Below, one piece after another: positions 1 to 10,494 of a stretch of DNA of 64,000 nt (its first letter is position 1; every line of letters starts with the position of its first letter). Both the position numbers and the translations under genes were made by a program. Below the pieces are notes generated by a model. It ran no database searches. It was not told the origin of the DNA and saw only the letters and a program-made list of their open reading frames with translations. The DNA lies in the NCBI RefSeq assembly GCF_036365525.1, contig NC_090377.1, positions 103,616,265-103,680,264 of the forward strand, in the 5' to 3' direction. The stretch is from Heterodontus francisci (taxonomy: Eukaryota).

Positions 1-159
1 CCCAAATTAAGCAAAATAACAATAATGATGAAAATAATCGCCCGGTAGCGTGACAAATCCTCAGGACCAAGATTTTAAAAAGCAGGTGAGGCCACTACAA
101 TTAGGGATGGGAACTAAATGCTGGCCTTGCCAGTGATACCCACATCCCATGAACGAACA

Positions 160-1165
160 TGAGAAAAAGATGCCCTGACTATCATCTTCCAAAGTTCTCT
201 CGATTTGGAACTATTCCATTGGATTGGAAAATTGTACAAGTAGCTCTGCTGTTTAAGAAAGCTGGCAGAGGGAAATCAGGGAATTATAGATCAGTTAGCC
301 TAACATCTGTTGTTGGGAAGTTACTAAAGTCTGTAATGAAGGAAAGGGTGACTGACCAGCTTGAAATTTTCAACTGATCAGAGAGAGACAGCATGAATTT
401 GTAAATTGTAAGTCATGCCTGACAAACCTGATTGTATCGTTTGAAGAGGTGACTAAAGTAGTGGACAGTCGGACATCTATGGATTTTATTAATATGGACT
501 TCCAGAAGGCATTTGATAAAGTCCTTCATAAGAGACTATCAGCTAATGTTGAAGTTCATGCAAATGAAGGTAAATTATTCCTTATAAGGTAATTGGCTGA
601 GTGGGAGGATGTGACTAGTGGTATTCCCCCTGTGTTGGGGCCTCAAATATTCACAGTATTTATTAACAACTTGGTTGATGAGATAGAAAGACGCATATCC
701 AAATCTACCGATGACAAAAAGATAGGCGGCATTGTAAGCAGTGTAGTGGAATAATAAAATTGCAAAGAGATATTAATGGATTAAGAGAATGGGGAAAACT
801 GCGGCAAATGCATTTCAATGTAAGAAACAGACGGTCATTCAGTTTGGATCTAAAAAGGAAGGAAAAAGGTACCGTCTAAATGGTGAAAAACTAGGAACAG
901 TAGAGGTCGAAAGAGAATTGGGGGACCAGAAATATAGATCACTAACATGTCATAAACAGGTAGAGAAAATAATCAAAAAGGGGAATGGAATGGTGGCCTT
1001 TATATCTAGAGAACCCGAATACAAGGGGATAGAAGTCATGCTTCAGCTATACAAAACCCGAGTAAGACCACACTTGGAGTCCTATGAGCGGTTCTGGGCA
1101 CCACACCTTAGGAAGGATATATTGTCCTTGAAAGGATTGCAGAGTAGTTTTATCAGAATGATCTC
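160..1165 (+). mobile_element. Decayed CR1-type LINE, ORF2 (reverse transcriptase) fragment
   Basis: ORFs 159-377 (IPLDWKIVQVALLFKK..GNYRSVSLTSVVGKLL) and 789-1238 (LYKTRVRPHLESY..FWAPHLRKDI) are CR1 ORF2 motifs. Many stops and frameshifts. Confidence 0.9.
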
Positions 1166-1197
1166 CTATTGCCTGTCTAAAATGCCTGCAAAGTTGA

Positions 1198-1590
1198 AAG
1201 TCCCAGCGAGTGTGATTTGTGTCCAGTTCCATGTGTAATTTAACCCAAGATGTATTTGCATTATACAGCACTGCCATTCACCAATTCACCCAGATCCTTT
1301 TCTATGCTACATTCTGTGCAGGAACACCATTTAATTTATAGTTCTCCCTGACTGTCTCTCTCTCTCTCTCTCTCTCTATCTCATTTGGTGCAGTCATTTG
1401 CCAATTAACTTCAATAACTGCTCACCAACCAATTATATGGCACTGTATCAAAGTCTAGATAAACAATATTCATGGAGTTACTTACATCCAAAAACTACAA
1501 TCCCTCCTTAAGGAATTCTAACTTCCATAAGGATATGTTAATTTGTCTTGATGATTTCATGCCCCTTGGTATTAAATGATACCCTTGGTT
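1198..1590. repeat. Paralogous copy of the intron-2 sequence next to pseudo-exon B (about 4700-5310)
   Basis: GTGTGATTTGTGTCCAGTTCCATGTGTAATTTAACCCAAGATGTATTTGCATTATACAGCACTG aligns with GTGTGATTTGTGTTCAATTCCATGTGCAATATAACCCAAGATATATTTGCATTACACAGCACTG at about 4706. 1381-1590 aligns with about 5098-5310. A (CT)n run at 1355-1377 sits at the internal gap. Confidence 0.85.
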
Positions 1591-1616
1591 CAGAGAGACT
1601 AACATTTGCCCCATTG

Positions 1617-1815
1617 AGGCCAAACCAGTGCTTTATAAAGGTTCACCATAACTTCCTTGCTTTTGTACACTATGCCTCTATTTATAAAGCCCAGGATCCG
1701 ATATGCCTTTTTAACCATTTAATAAGCCTGACCTGCCATCTTCAATAATTTGTGCACATATACCCCCAGATCTTTCTGTTGCGGCACCCCTTTTAGAATT
1801 GTAACCTTTATTTTA
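1617..1815 (-). mobile_element. CR1 LINE fragment abutting relic crystallin exon 1
   Basis: Reverse complement matches the CR1 copy at about 6360-6555 (ATTCTAAAAGGGGTG..GGATCCTGGGCTTTATAAA..CAAAAGCAAGGAAGTTATGGTGAACCT). Confidence 0.8.
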
Positions 1816-1821
1816 TGACAC

Positions 1822-1830
1822 TTTTCCCAT
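1822..1830 (-). pseudogene. Gamma-crystallin relic A: exon 1 (ATG GGA AAA) with upstream leader and promoter; no exon 2 or 3 in the window
   Basis: The 5' leader and TATA region at 1831-1960 match those of the intact genes (CCCATTTT..CACAG..AACTGACTGA..CACACAGCTTGGTATTTAT). The donor reads GTGTCA and runs into a CR1 fragment. Confidence 0.8.
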
Positions 1831-1864
1831 TTTGATTTCACAGTTGGTTTAACTGACTGATTCA

Positions 1865-1960
1865 CACAGCTTGGTATTTATGTCGAGCAGAACGGCCGCT
1901 CTGGGCTGTACTTCATTATTCTAATGGTTCATTGCTGAAAATCAGCAAAATTCAACAAAG
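1865..1960 (-). promoter_or_regulatory. Crystallin-type promoter of relic A
   Basis: CATAAATA at 1875-1882, palindrome TGCTGA-AAA-TCAGCA (MARE-like) at 1933-1947, and AACAAAG (Sox-like) at about 1954-1960. Confidence 0.65.
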
Positions 1961-1982
1961 TGCCTGTTGCCGTTGAGTGAGT

Positions 1983-2182
1983 TCTGGGTGATTTAGGAGC
2001 CATGACTGATCCAGAACTGCTTTGTTCAAACAACTTTTCAAACGCTTGTTGCATTCATTGTAGTAAAGCACCTGAAAGACACCTGATGTGTCACTGACCC
2101 TTTCCACCTTGCTTTCATTTCACTTTAATTGTTATTTGAACAAGGCAGTTTTGGAACAGTCTTGGCTCCTAAATCACCCAGA
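1983..2182. repeat. Inverted repeat with arms of about 52 bp (1983-2034 and 2131-2182)
   Basis: TCTGGGTGATTTAGGAGCCATGACTGATCCAGAACTGCTTTGTTCAAACAAC versus the reverse complement TCTGGGTGATTTAGGAGCCAAGACTGTTCCAAAACTGCCTTGTTCAAATAAC (5 mismatches). Confidence 0.9.
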
Positions 2183-2738
2183 TCTGTTTCAAATAGCTGG
2201 CTTTACTTGAAATAGGAAAGAGAACAATAAAAGTTAAGATGTAGAAAACAGCAACAAGGATCAAAAGTAGCATTTTGCTCTGTTTTTCCTGAGGGTAAAC
2301 TGATAAAGGCCAAATTGATCCATTTGCAAAAAGTGGGTGATAAGGAACTTGAAAATAATACATTTTAGCAAAAGCTCATTGCCTGATGGGACATCATTTT
2401 CCTATCTCCATCCTCCAAGATCTGTAATATTCTGGAGCAGACTTTTTTATATAACTGAGGTTGGATGGCTATTCTGGAGTGTTGCTTTATTATCCTTTGG
2501 TAGCAGAGAGTTTTTATAGAACTTTCCCTCATAATAATGAAGAGATTGGTTTCTTGATAGATTAGCTTGTGAACAATCTGCAGAATGAATGGGTTTGATC
2601 ATCCAAGTGGATCCTTGTGGTTCATGTTCTCAACGTTTGAGAATAAGAGTCTCTGTTCTATTTTTGTATTTCATGATGATCTTGGGCTGCCTATCAAATG
2701 GTTCAAAAGGGGAGAAGTGGATGACTTTCTCCTCGTCT

Positions 2739-2920
2739 ACCAGAGATCATTGTGTTTTCCCAAGCATTATTGCATTTTCCCAAATCCCCACTCTACCTTC
2801 CCAATGATTGCAATACTTTCCCAGAGATCACCGTACTTTCCCAGAAAACATTGTATTTTCCCAGAAATAGCCGTCCTTTCCCAGAGATCACTATTTTCTT
2901 CCGAGTGATCGCTGCACTTT
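2739..2920. repeat. Degenerate 20-bp minisatellite, about 8-9 units
   Basis: Units such as CCAGAGATCACCGTACTTTC, CCAGAAAACATTGTATTTTC and CCAGAAATAGCCGTCCTTTC recur in 20-bp phase. Confidence 0.85.
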
Positions 2921-2944
2921 CAGTGGTCCAAACCTTTCCATGTT

Positions 2945-3354
2945 TTTGTTTCCTTCATTCTTGGGATGTGAGCATCACTGGCAAGGACAGTATTTATTAC
3001 CTATCCCTAATTGCCCTTGAACAGGTGGTGGTGAGCCACTTACAACTGAGTAACTTGCTAAGCCATTTCGGAGGGCAGTTAAGAGTCAACTACATTGGTG
3101 TGGGTCTGGAGTCACACGTTGGTCAGATTGGGTAAGGATGGAAAGTTTGCTGCCCTGAAGAACAAGAGTGATCCAGATGGGTTTAAGCAACAATCTGGTC
3201 GTTTCCTGACCTTTATTAATGAGACTAACATTTTATTCCAGATGTATTAATTAAATTTAAATTCCTCCAGCTACCATGGTGGGATTTGAACTCTTGTCTC
3301 CAGAGCATTAGCCAGGGCCTCTGGATTACTAGTCCACTAACATTGTCACTATGC
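2945..3354 (-). mobile_element. tRNA-derived SINE (possibly DeuSINE/SacSINE1-like) with a 3' tail shared with the second LINE family
   Basis: Minus-strand head GCATAGTGACAATGTTAGTGGACTAGTAATCCAGAGG..GAGTTCAAATCCCACC (B box). The tail CACCACCACCTGTTCAAGGGCAATTAGGGATAGGTAATAAATACTG..CACATCCC matches LINE 3' ends at about 16840-16910 and 46985-47065. Confidence 0.75.
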
Positions 3355-4373
3355 TTATGTTGCTTTTTTTTAACCTTTTCACTTTTTCTAATTGTTTGCT
3401 CAGCTTTCAAGGCTGGTCTCCCAGTAGATGTCAGATCAGAGGACAGTTGAATCATGGCCATTTTCCATTGGAAGCTCGGAGGGACGATTATAAACCTGAA
3501 AAGTTAATTCTGTTTCTCACTCGACAGATGGTTCCTTCCCTGCTGAGTATTTACAGCATATTTTGTCGATATCTCAGATTTCCAGCACCTGTAAACTGTT
3601 GCCTTTATTTTTGTCTCCGATAAAATGTCATTTTTTTTTTCACTGCGAGATTGTCAGGAAGTTATTTTTAAATGCTTCTCAGAGCCCATCCAATAACTCT
3701 GGAAATCCAGCTCTTACTGACATTTTGAGTTGCACAACCAATTTAAAGTGAGCACCGCAAGTGGGTGTCCAAATACAGCATTGAATCAAACGTGGTTTTT
3801 GCATTTCAACACTGAGCAATGGATGTATTTCTTTGCTGAAAATGGTCAATTCTGGAAGTGAATTCCACAATATATTTATTGCCTGATGTGATATTCAATG
3901 ACTTAACTTGAAAAACGATTTACTTCCTCTTGTGGCTGTGGGTGTTCGTGAAGCTACACTAAATCCTGTTGATATTTTTACTTCAAAAATGCCTGGTTTA
4001 TATTCCAGATTTCCTTCAGTCAACTGAAACAATACAGAAATGAGCCACCTTCCGATGACAATTATGGGACAAGCAATCTTCATTCATAGTGACCGAGTGT
4101 TTGATTCTCATTTTTACAAAGTCAATGTATTTAATTAACAATGATATGGACAACATTCATTCCTAAATTTCCATTTATTGACTTGAAATAGTTTAATTAA
4201 CTAAGATCAAGGAGGGAAAATATTCAACCTGAGACTGCAACACCAAGACTGAGCTTTTATTGATTTCCACAACAATCCAAAAATAAATGAATAACAATGA
4301 CTGCCAAGGTGGGCAGATTTTATTATTTTCAAGAATATTTCAACAAGAAAACATTACATTTGTCAAGAACAAT

Positions 4374-4642
4374 CTAAAAATCTTTCATACACCTGAAAGA
4401 CCCAATTGTTGAGTTGTAGCCGCCCCAGTCACTGTATCTCCTGTATTCACCGGGTCTCATGAAGTACTGTCGGCCTCTGTATGTTCATAGAAGATCCAGT
4501 AACCGTCCATCACATTGCAGGAGTGAATTTCACGGTAACGGAAACGATCATAGACAGATGGACAGTCATCCATGAAGATCATCATCTGTCTTCCAAAGTC
4601 AGGCCTCTCATAAATCCTCATTTTGTAGGAACTTTCTCAGTA
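4374..4642 (-). pseudogene. Gamma-crystallin pseudogene B, exon 3 only
   Basis: Aligns with exon 3 of the intact genes. The acceptor is mutated (AG>CG at 4643-4644), codon 2 is TGA (4637-4639), and a 7-nt deletion at about 4481 shifts the frame. TAG at 4374-4376 and AATAAA at 4319-4324 remain. No exon 2 or exon 1 is found before gene C. Confidence 0.93.
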
Positions 4643-5737
4643 CGGCAATGGAAATAATATAGCATTAACCATGAGATTTTAAGTATACAGAGCTAGTTCT
4701 AGCAAGTGTGATTTGTGTTCAATTCCATGTGCAATATAACCCAAGATATATTTGCATTACACAGCACTGTCATTCACCAATACACTGAAATTTAGTCTCA
4801 TGCTCTATTCTGTGCTCAAACGCCATTTAATTTATATTTCCAGTGTTTATTAGACTCCCCTAATCTTATCATTTTGTACCTGACTAACCTGCTTTTGATT
4901 ATTTACAAACCCCACCTTTATTAGTTTAGAAAATTCAGGCAGTTTGTCTCTATTCCCACTTCCCAATGTGAAGGGTAAAGGTGCCAGCTCTGAGCCCTGG
5001 GGTGTCCTCAATCATTTCTTAATACTCTGGCACTGCTCCATTTTGCACAACTCACTCCCTCTGTCTCTCTCCCTCTCTCTTTGCTTAATTTCTGTAACAT
5101 TTGTTACAGTCCTTTGCCAATCAGTTTCAATAACTGCCCACCAAACTACCATGTGGCACTGTATCAAAGTCCATACAAACAACATCCATGATAATTCTTT
5201 CATCCATAACCTCCAATACCTCCTTCCAGAATTCTAACCTGTGTCCCTCCATAGAGGATATGCTAATTTGTCTTGATGACTTCACGGTCCTTGGTGTTAA
5301 ATGATGCCCTTGATTAAAAGAGCCTTTTAACATTAGCCCCACAACAAAAGTCGGACTCACTAGCCTATAATTTCCAGGACCTCCCTTTTTCCCCCCCTTT
5401 TAAAGTTGGTCCTTATTTTCCTTTCTCTCTAAACCTTTGTTACAAATCTTGATTGTAAACATCCCCACCATAACATGATTAATTTTCTTGGCCTTTTGCT
5501 TAAGCACGCTAGTATTCTATCCCTGACGGTCTTACCCTTTCTCTGTGCTTTCAACAGTTTTTTTTTGGTCGCAATCTGTAATCTTTGCTTTGATCAATGT
5601 ATGTTTACAGTGCAAGTATTGCTACTTTGAATTTACATCTGTGTTATAATTGGTGATACACATACACTTATCAGGAATGAGGTAGCTGCTTCTTGTTTTG
5701 AGCAGGTACAGTGCAAAGATCTTTCAATCAGCAGCAA

Positions 5738-7101
5738 CTACAGACCAGTCAGTTTAACCTCGGTGGTGGGAAAGATTTTAGAAATGATAATCTGGAACAA
5801 AATTAAGTTACTTGGATAAATGGATGAATTAAGGAATGCCAGTAGGGATTTGTGAAGGGGCAAATTGTGTTTAACTAATTTGATTGAGTTTTTTGATGAC
5901 TTAACTGAGAGGGTTGATGAGGAAAATGTGATTGCTGTGGTATACATGGACTTCCAAAAGTGCCGCATAACATGCTAGTCGGTAAAGTTGAAGCCCATGG
6001 ATTAATAGGGACAGTGGTAGCATGGATACTAAGTTGGCTGAGTGACAGGACACAGAGTAGTGGTGAAAGGTTGTTTTTTGGACTAGAGCAAGGTATACAG
6101 TGGGCTTCCCAAGGGTCGGTACATGACCCTTTTCTTGACCTATATTAATGCCTTGACTTGGATGTGCAGGGCACAATTTCAAAATTTGCAGATGACACAA
6201 AACTTGAAAGTATTATGAATTGTGAGGAGGATAGTGATAAACTTCAAGAGGACATTTACAGGCTGGTGGACTGGGTGGACAAGTGCCAGATGAAATTTAA
6301 TGCAGAAAAGTGTCAAATGATTCATTTTGGCAGGAATAACAAGGAGAGGCAATATAAACTAAAGGACACAATTCTAAAGGGGGTACAGGGGCAGAGAGAC
6401 CTGGGGTATTGCGCATAAATTGTTGAAAGTGGCAGGACAGGTAAAGAAAGCAGTTAATAAGGCAAACGGATTCCTGGGCTTTATAAAGAAAGGCATAAAG
6501 TACAAAGCAAGGAAGTTGTGGTGAACCTGTATAAAACACTGATTTAGTCTCAACTGAAGTATTTTGTCCATTTCTGGGCATTGCACTTTAGGAAGGATGT
6601 GAAGGCATTAGAGAGGGTGCTGAAAAGATTAATGAGAATGGTCCTAGGGATGAAGGACTTCAGTTATGTGGATGGATTGGAGAAGCTGTGGTTGTTTTCC
6701 TTAGGGAACAGAAGGTTGAGAAGGAAATTTGCTAGGTGTTCAAAATCATGAGGGAGTCTAGACACAATAGATAGGGAGAAACTGTACCCATTAGCGGATA
6801 GTTCGAGAACCAGCGGACACCGATTTAAGGTGATTGGCAAAAGGTGTCATGAGGAGAAGCTTTTTGACACAGCGAGTGGTTAAGATCTGGAATGCACTAC
6901 CTGAGAGTTGGTGAACGCAGAGTCAATTGTGGCTTTCAAAAGAGAATTGCATGGTTATCTGAAAAGAAAAAGCTTTACAGGGATACAGAGAAAAAGCAGG
7001 GGAGTGGGACTAGCTGAGTTTCACTTGCAAAGTGCTGACAAGGATGCAATGGGCTAAATGGCCTCTTGCTGTGCTGTAACCATTCTATCATTCTATGATT
7101 C
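5738..7101 (+). mobile_element. Decayed CR1 LINE, 3' half with tail
   Basis: NYRPVSLTSVVGKIL at about 5736, ISKFADDTKL (ORF 6158-6418), and a (ATTCTATS)n-type tail at about 7080-7101. Confidence 0.9.
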
Positions 7102-7104
7102 CAT

Positions 7105-7705
7105 AATCTGCTGCTGAAGCCCTCATCCATGCTTTTGTCACCTCTAGTCTTGACTATTACAATGACCTCCTGGCTGGCCTCCCACGTTCCACTCTTTTTA
7201 AATCTGAGATCATCCAAAACTCAGCTGTGCATGCTATAACTAGCACCAAGTCGCATTATCCATCAGAGACCTACATTGACTGCCAGTTAATCAATGTCTC
7301 TATTTTAAAATTCTTGTATTTTGCTTACAAATTCCTCCAAAGCCTCATCCCCTCCCTACCTCTGTAATCTTCTCCAGCCCCACAACCTCTGATACCTGCA
7401 CTCATCCAATCCTGCCCTCTTGAGGATGCCTGATTTTAATCACTCCACATTAGACAACTGTGCCATCAGCTGCCAAGACCCTAAGCTCTGCAATTCCCTC
7501 CCAAAAATTCTCCACTGCATTTCCCCTCTTTTCTCCTTTAAGACACTCCTTAAAACATAACTTTGACCAAACTGTTGGTCATCTGTCTTAATATCTCTTG
7601 ATGTGGTTCAGTGTCAAGTGTTCTTTGCTACCACTCCTGTGAAATGCCTTCGGATATTTTACTACATTAAATGCAGTATATAATTTCAAGGTGATGTTAT
7701 TGCTG
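7105..7705 (+). mobile_element. L2-type LINE 3' fragment
   Basis: [25 protein letters not shown] at about 7109. The 3' end CTGTGAAATGCCTTCGGATATTTTACTACATTAAATG recurs at about 46780 and 53060. Confidence 0.75.
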
Positions 7706-8580
7706 TATGCCAGAGAATTTTACCTAAATCCTAAAATGCTTTCTGCTTGACATGTGTAGCTTTATTTCAGATTTCCTTAGGGAACTGAAAGGCTAAAGAA
7801 TTGACCACCTTTGATTCCATCATGGGACTAACAGTCCTTGTTCATAGTGAGTTACATTTGTAGTCTCTCCTTCTTGAAGTTACTACATTAACTTGTCAAT
7901 GTTACTGATTGAATTTACGTGGCTAAATGCCTTCAGATGTGCCTGGGAGTCCAACTGCAAAGTTGAGGAAGAAAGCTTGTCTCAGATGCACCGTCCTTAA
8001 CTTGATTGTGAATTTCTGCTCAGCCTTGTAAGTGATGGAGTGTCTGCCCAGCCCTTCTTTGGCAACGTGAACCAAGGGGGAAAGGCTGTGTGTGGGGACT
8101 CTGTATTTTGCAAGCTCCCACTTCTCCAGTCCATAAATGCACTGGTGGAACACCGGAGGCTGTTAGGCCCAGTGAGCTGAAGGATAACAACCTCAAGAAA
8201 GGTGCAAGTATTCCTTATCAGAGGAGGTCCAGGTGTGGGAAAGGGCACCTGCTGGTCCCATACAAATGACATAATCTATTGAGTGCACAAACTCCAGCAA
8301 GATCAGCAGTGCATGGTGCTATTGGCCCATTCACAGCTTTTCTGGCAGTCTCCTGGCCCACACATTTTCTGCTTCTCTATTTATTCACTTTAATGATAAT
8401 CATATAGCTAAGATCATTGTGGTAAAATATTCTGCATGAGACTACCAGATACCAGCATTGTATTGGGCAATTTCTGTGAGGATCCAAAAATAAATGAATT
8501 AAACAAGAAGACAGTATAATAGAGGGTATTTTAATATGTTGACAAATCAACAAAATAACGTCATGTTTTACAATGACAGA

Positions 8581-10091
8581 CTAGAAATCTCTCATACGTC
8601 TGAAAGACCCGATAGTTGAGTTGTAGCCGCCCCAGTCACTGAATCTCCTGTATTCACCGGGTCTCATGAAGTATTGTCGGCCTCTGTAGTTGGGATGTTC
8701 ATAGAAGATCCAGTAACCGTCCATCACATGGCTGGAGTGAATGTCACGGTAACGGAAACGATCATAGACAGAAGGACAGTCATCCATGAATTCCATCATC
8801 TGTCCTCCAAAGTCAGGCCTCTCGTAAATCTTCATTCTGTAGGAGCCTCCCCTATACTGTAATAGAAATGAGATGACATTAGTGGTGAAACTGCAAATAT
8901 ACATTTGGTATATGTAGAAAAAGAGAAACTTGGTAAAGGAAGGAATTTAACGCGACCCAATGATGACATCAACAATGAGCGCAAAGCTAAGATTATTTAT
9001 TAACACCGATTCAACAGGTTAATTATGTTTGAGGCTTGTTCCCAGCAAGTTAATACAGTTAATTGGTGAATTGTCTGCAAGAGTGCACATGGGACAGATG
9101 AAGGTTTATCAATATCCGTAAAAATAAATATGTACTTCCTGTTCCAATTGCGATGAGACAGTTTCTCTGTGTGGGTCAGCTTTCTCTTTCCCATAATGTA
9201 CTAAACAATTACAGTAAGGTGAATAGGGTGAGTCCAAATATGTTTGTCGGCAAGTTATAGCCAATCATGTCTTAGTCTAGTTGTAGGTGACATTATTACT
9301 TCCTACACTGTCAACGTGCCAATTTGGCTTTCAGTTCTGAATATTTGATTAGTTATAATCAAATGCATCCAATTATTTCTCAGATATTCATGACTTTTAC
9401 AAGAGGCTGCCATCATCTACAGCCAGAACTTTCTTCCCAATTTGTGCAACTATTGACTTAAGAACCAACCCGTATAAATTAACTACAGGTACAAAATTAC
9501 AAGGGCTGATAGTAACTTCTGGCAGTGTCACAAATGGGTGATAGTGGAGCAGTAAATCAGGCAGGATGTGTGACAGGCAGACAATCCACTACCTGTTAAT
9601 CACCACTGCTGAAAGTTAAAATCAGTCCTGTGGAAACAGCTGATAACTCTTCACTGCTGATGCACATAAACTCAAATGTCACTGATCATTTTCTAAGTGT
9701 CACTTTGGGTAATACATATAAATCACCAAAGGTAACTCACATATGGGTAGCTGCGACATGACCTGATGCTGTCATTGAATCCCATCCAGCGCTGGTAGTC
9801 AGGATAATCTCCCCTGCTCAGAACATACTGGTATCCCATGTAATTGGATTTCTCATACATCACCCACCAGTCACTGTCAACACGGATGGAGTTACAGCGG
9901 CTGAAGTAAGGGGACAGGTCAGCGCAGTCAGTACTGCACTCATAGTGCCGACCCTGGAAGTTCCTGTCCTCGTAAAAGATAATCTGTGGAAAGACATAAG
10001 GCTGGAAATTAATAATTTCTCAAACTAGGAGATAAGTAATGAAGAATTCTAATAGAATATATAAACTCTGAGTTATCCTTGCCTTTCCCAT
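8581..10091 (-). CDS. crygm: Gamma-crystallin (gammaM-like) gene C, 175 aa; exons 10083-10091, 9741-9983, 8581-8856
   Basis: MGK | [81 protein letters not shown] | [29 protein letters not shown]. Four Greek-key motifs and the classic 9-nt exon 1. Intron 1 is GC-AG (99 nt), intron 2 is GT-AG (884 nt). ATTAAA at 8530-8535. Confidence 0.95.
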
Positions 10092-10139
10092 TTTGAGATC
10101 ACAGTTAGCTTTCAACTGACTGAATGTATCACTGCTTCA

Positions 10140-10245
10140 CACAGCTTGGTATTTATGTGTTATGCAGAAAGGCTTCGCTAAGCTGTACTTTTGTTATTTT
10201 AATGATTGCAATGGTTCAAAATCAGCACAGAAGCAGCAAAACACA
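10140..10245 (-). promoter_or_regulatory. Promoter of gene C
   Basis: CATAAATA at 10150-10157, AACAAAAG (Sox-like) at about 10188-10195, TGCTGA half-MARE at 10222-10227. Same order as in the paralogs. Confidence 0.6.
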
Positions 10246-10494
10246 TGACACATTCAATTAGTGCAAAGAAGCCATTTAAAAGGCACCTATGTATCGTTGA
10301 TTGCATTTTGCCTTCGTGTCATTTTAATTGTTGTGTGAAAGAAGGCAACAATGCATTGGAGGCCATTGTGCTCCCTATACTCTGCTTCCAGTGAAATTCT
10401 CACATGACAAATTCAGTCAGGTATGTTTCCAATAATTCAGTGTAACAACATAAGTTCACTCTCAGGCTGGTCAAGATGCAAATATACATATCCA

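Noticed and set aside
2739-2920. Regularly spaced repeats resembling a CRISPR array
   Set aside because: The units are contiguous degenerate 20-mers with no unique spacers. The context is eukaryotic and there are no cas genes.
3620-4100. Coding-looking unique sequence between the relics
   Set aside because: The plus-strand frames are broken by stops and I recognise no family in either strand. It cannot be supported without a search.
8857-8904. N-terminal extensions of the crystallin ORFs in the track (MYICSF.., MKCIIN.., MSVING.., MTSKLL..)
   Set aside because: They are intronic read-through upstream of the CAG acceptors. The real starts are the 9-nt first exons.
9503-9628. Short element with GGGCTGAT / ATCAGTCC ends in intron 2 of gene C
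   Set aside because: It may be a tiny MITE relative, but there is no TSD and the match is too short to call.
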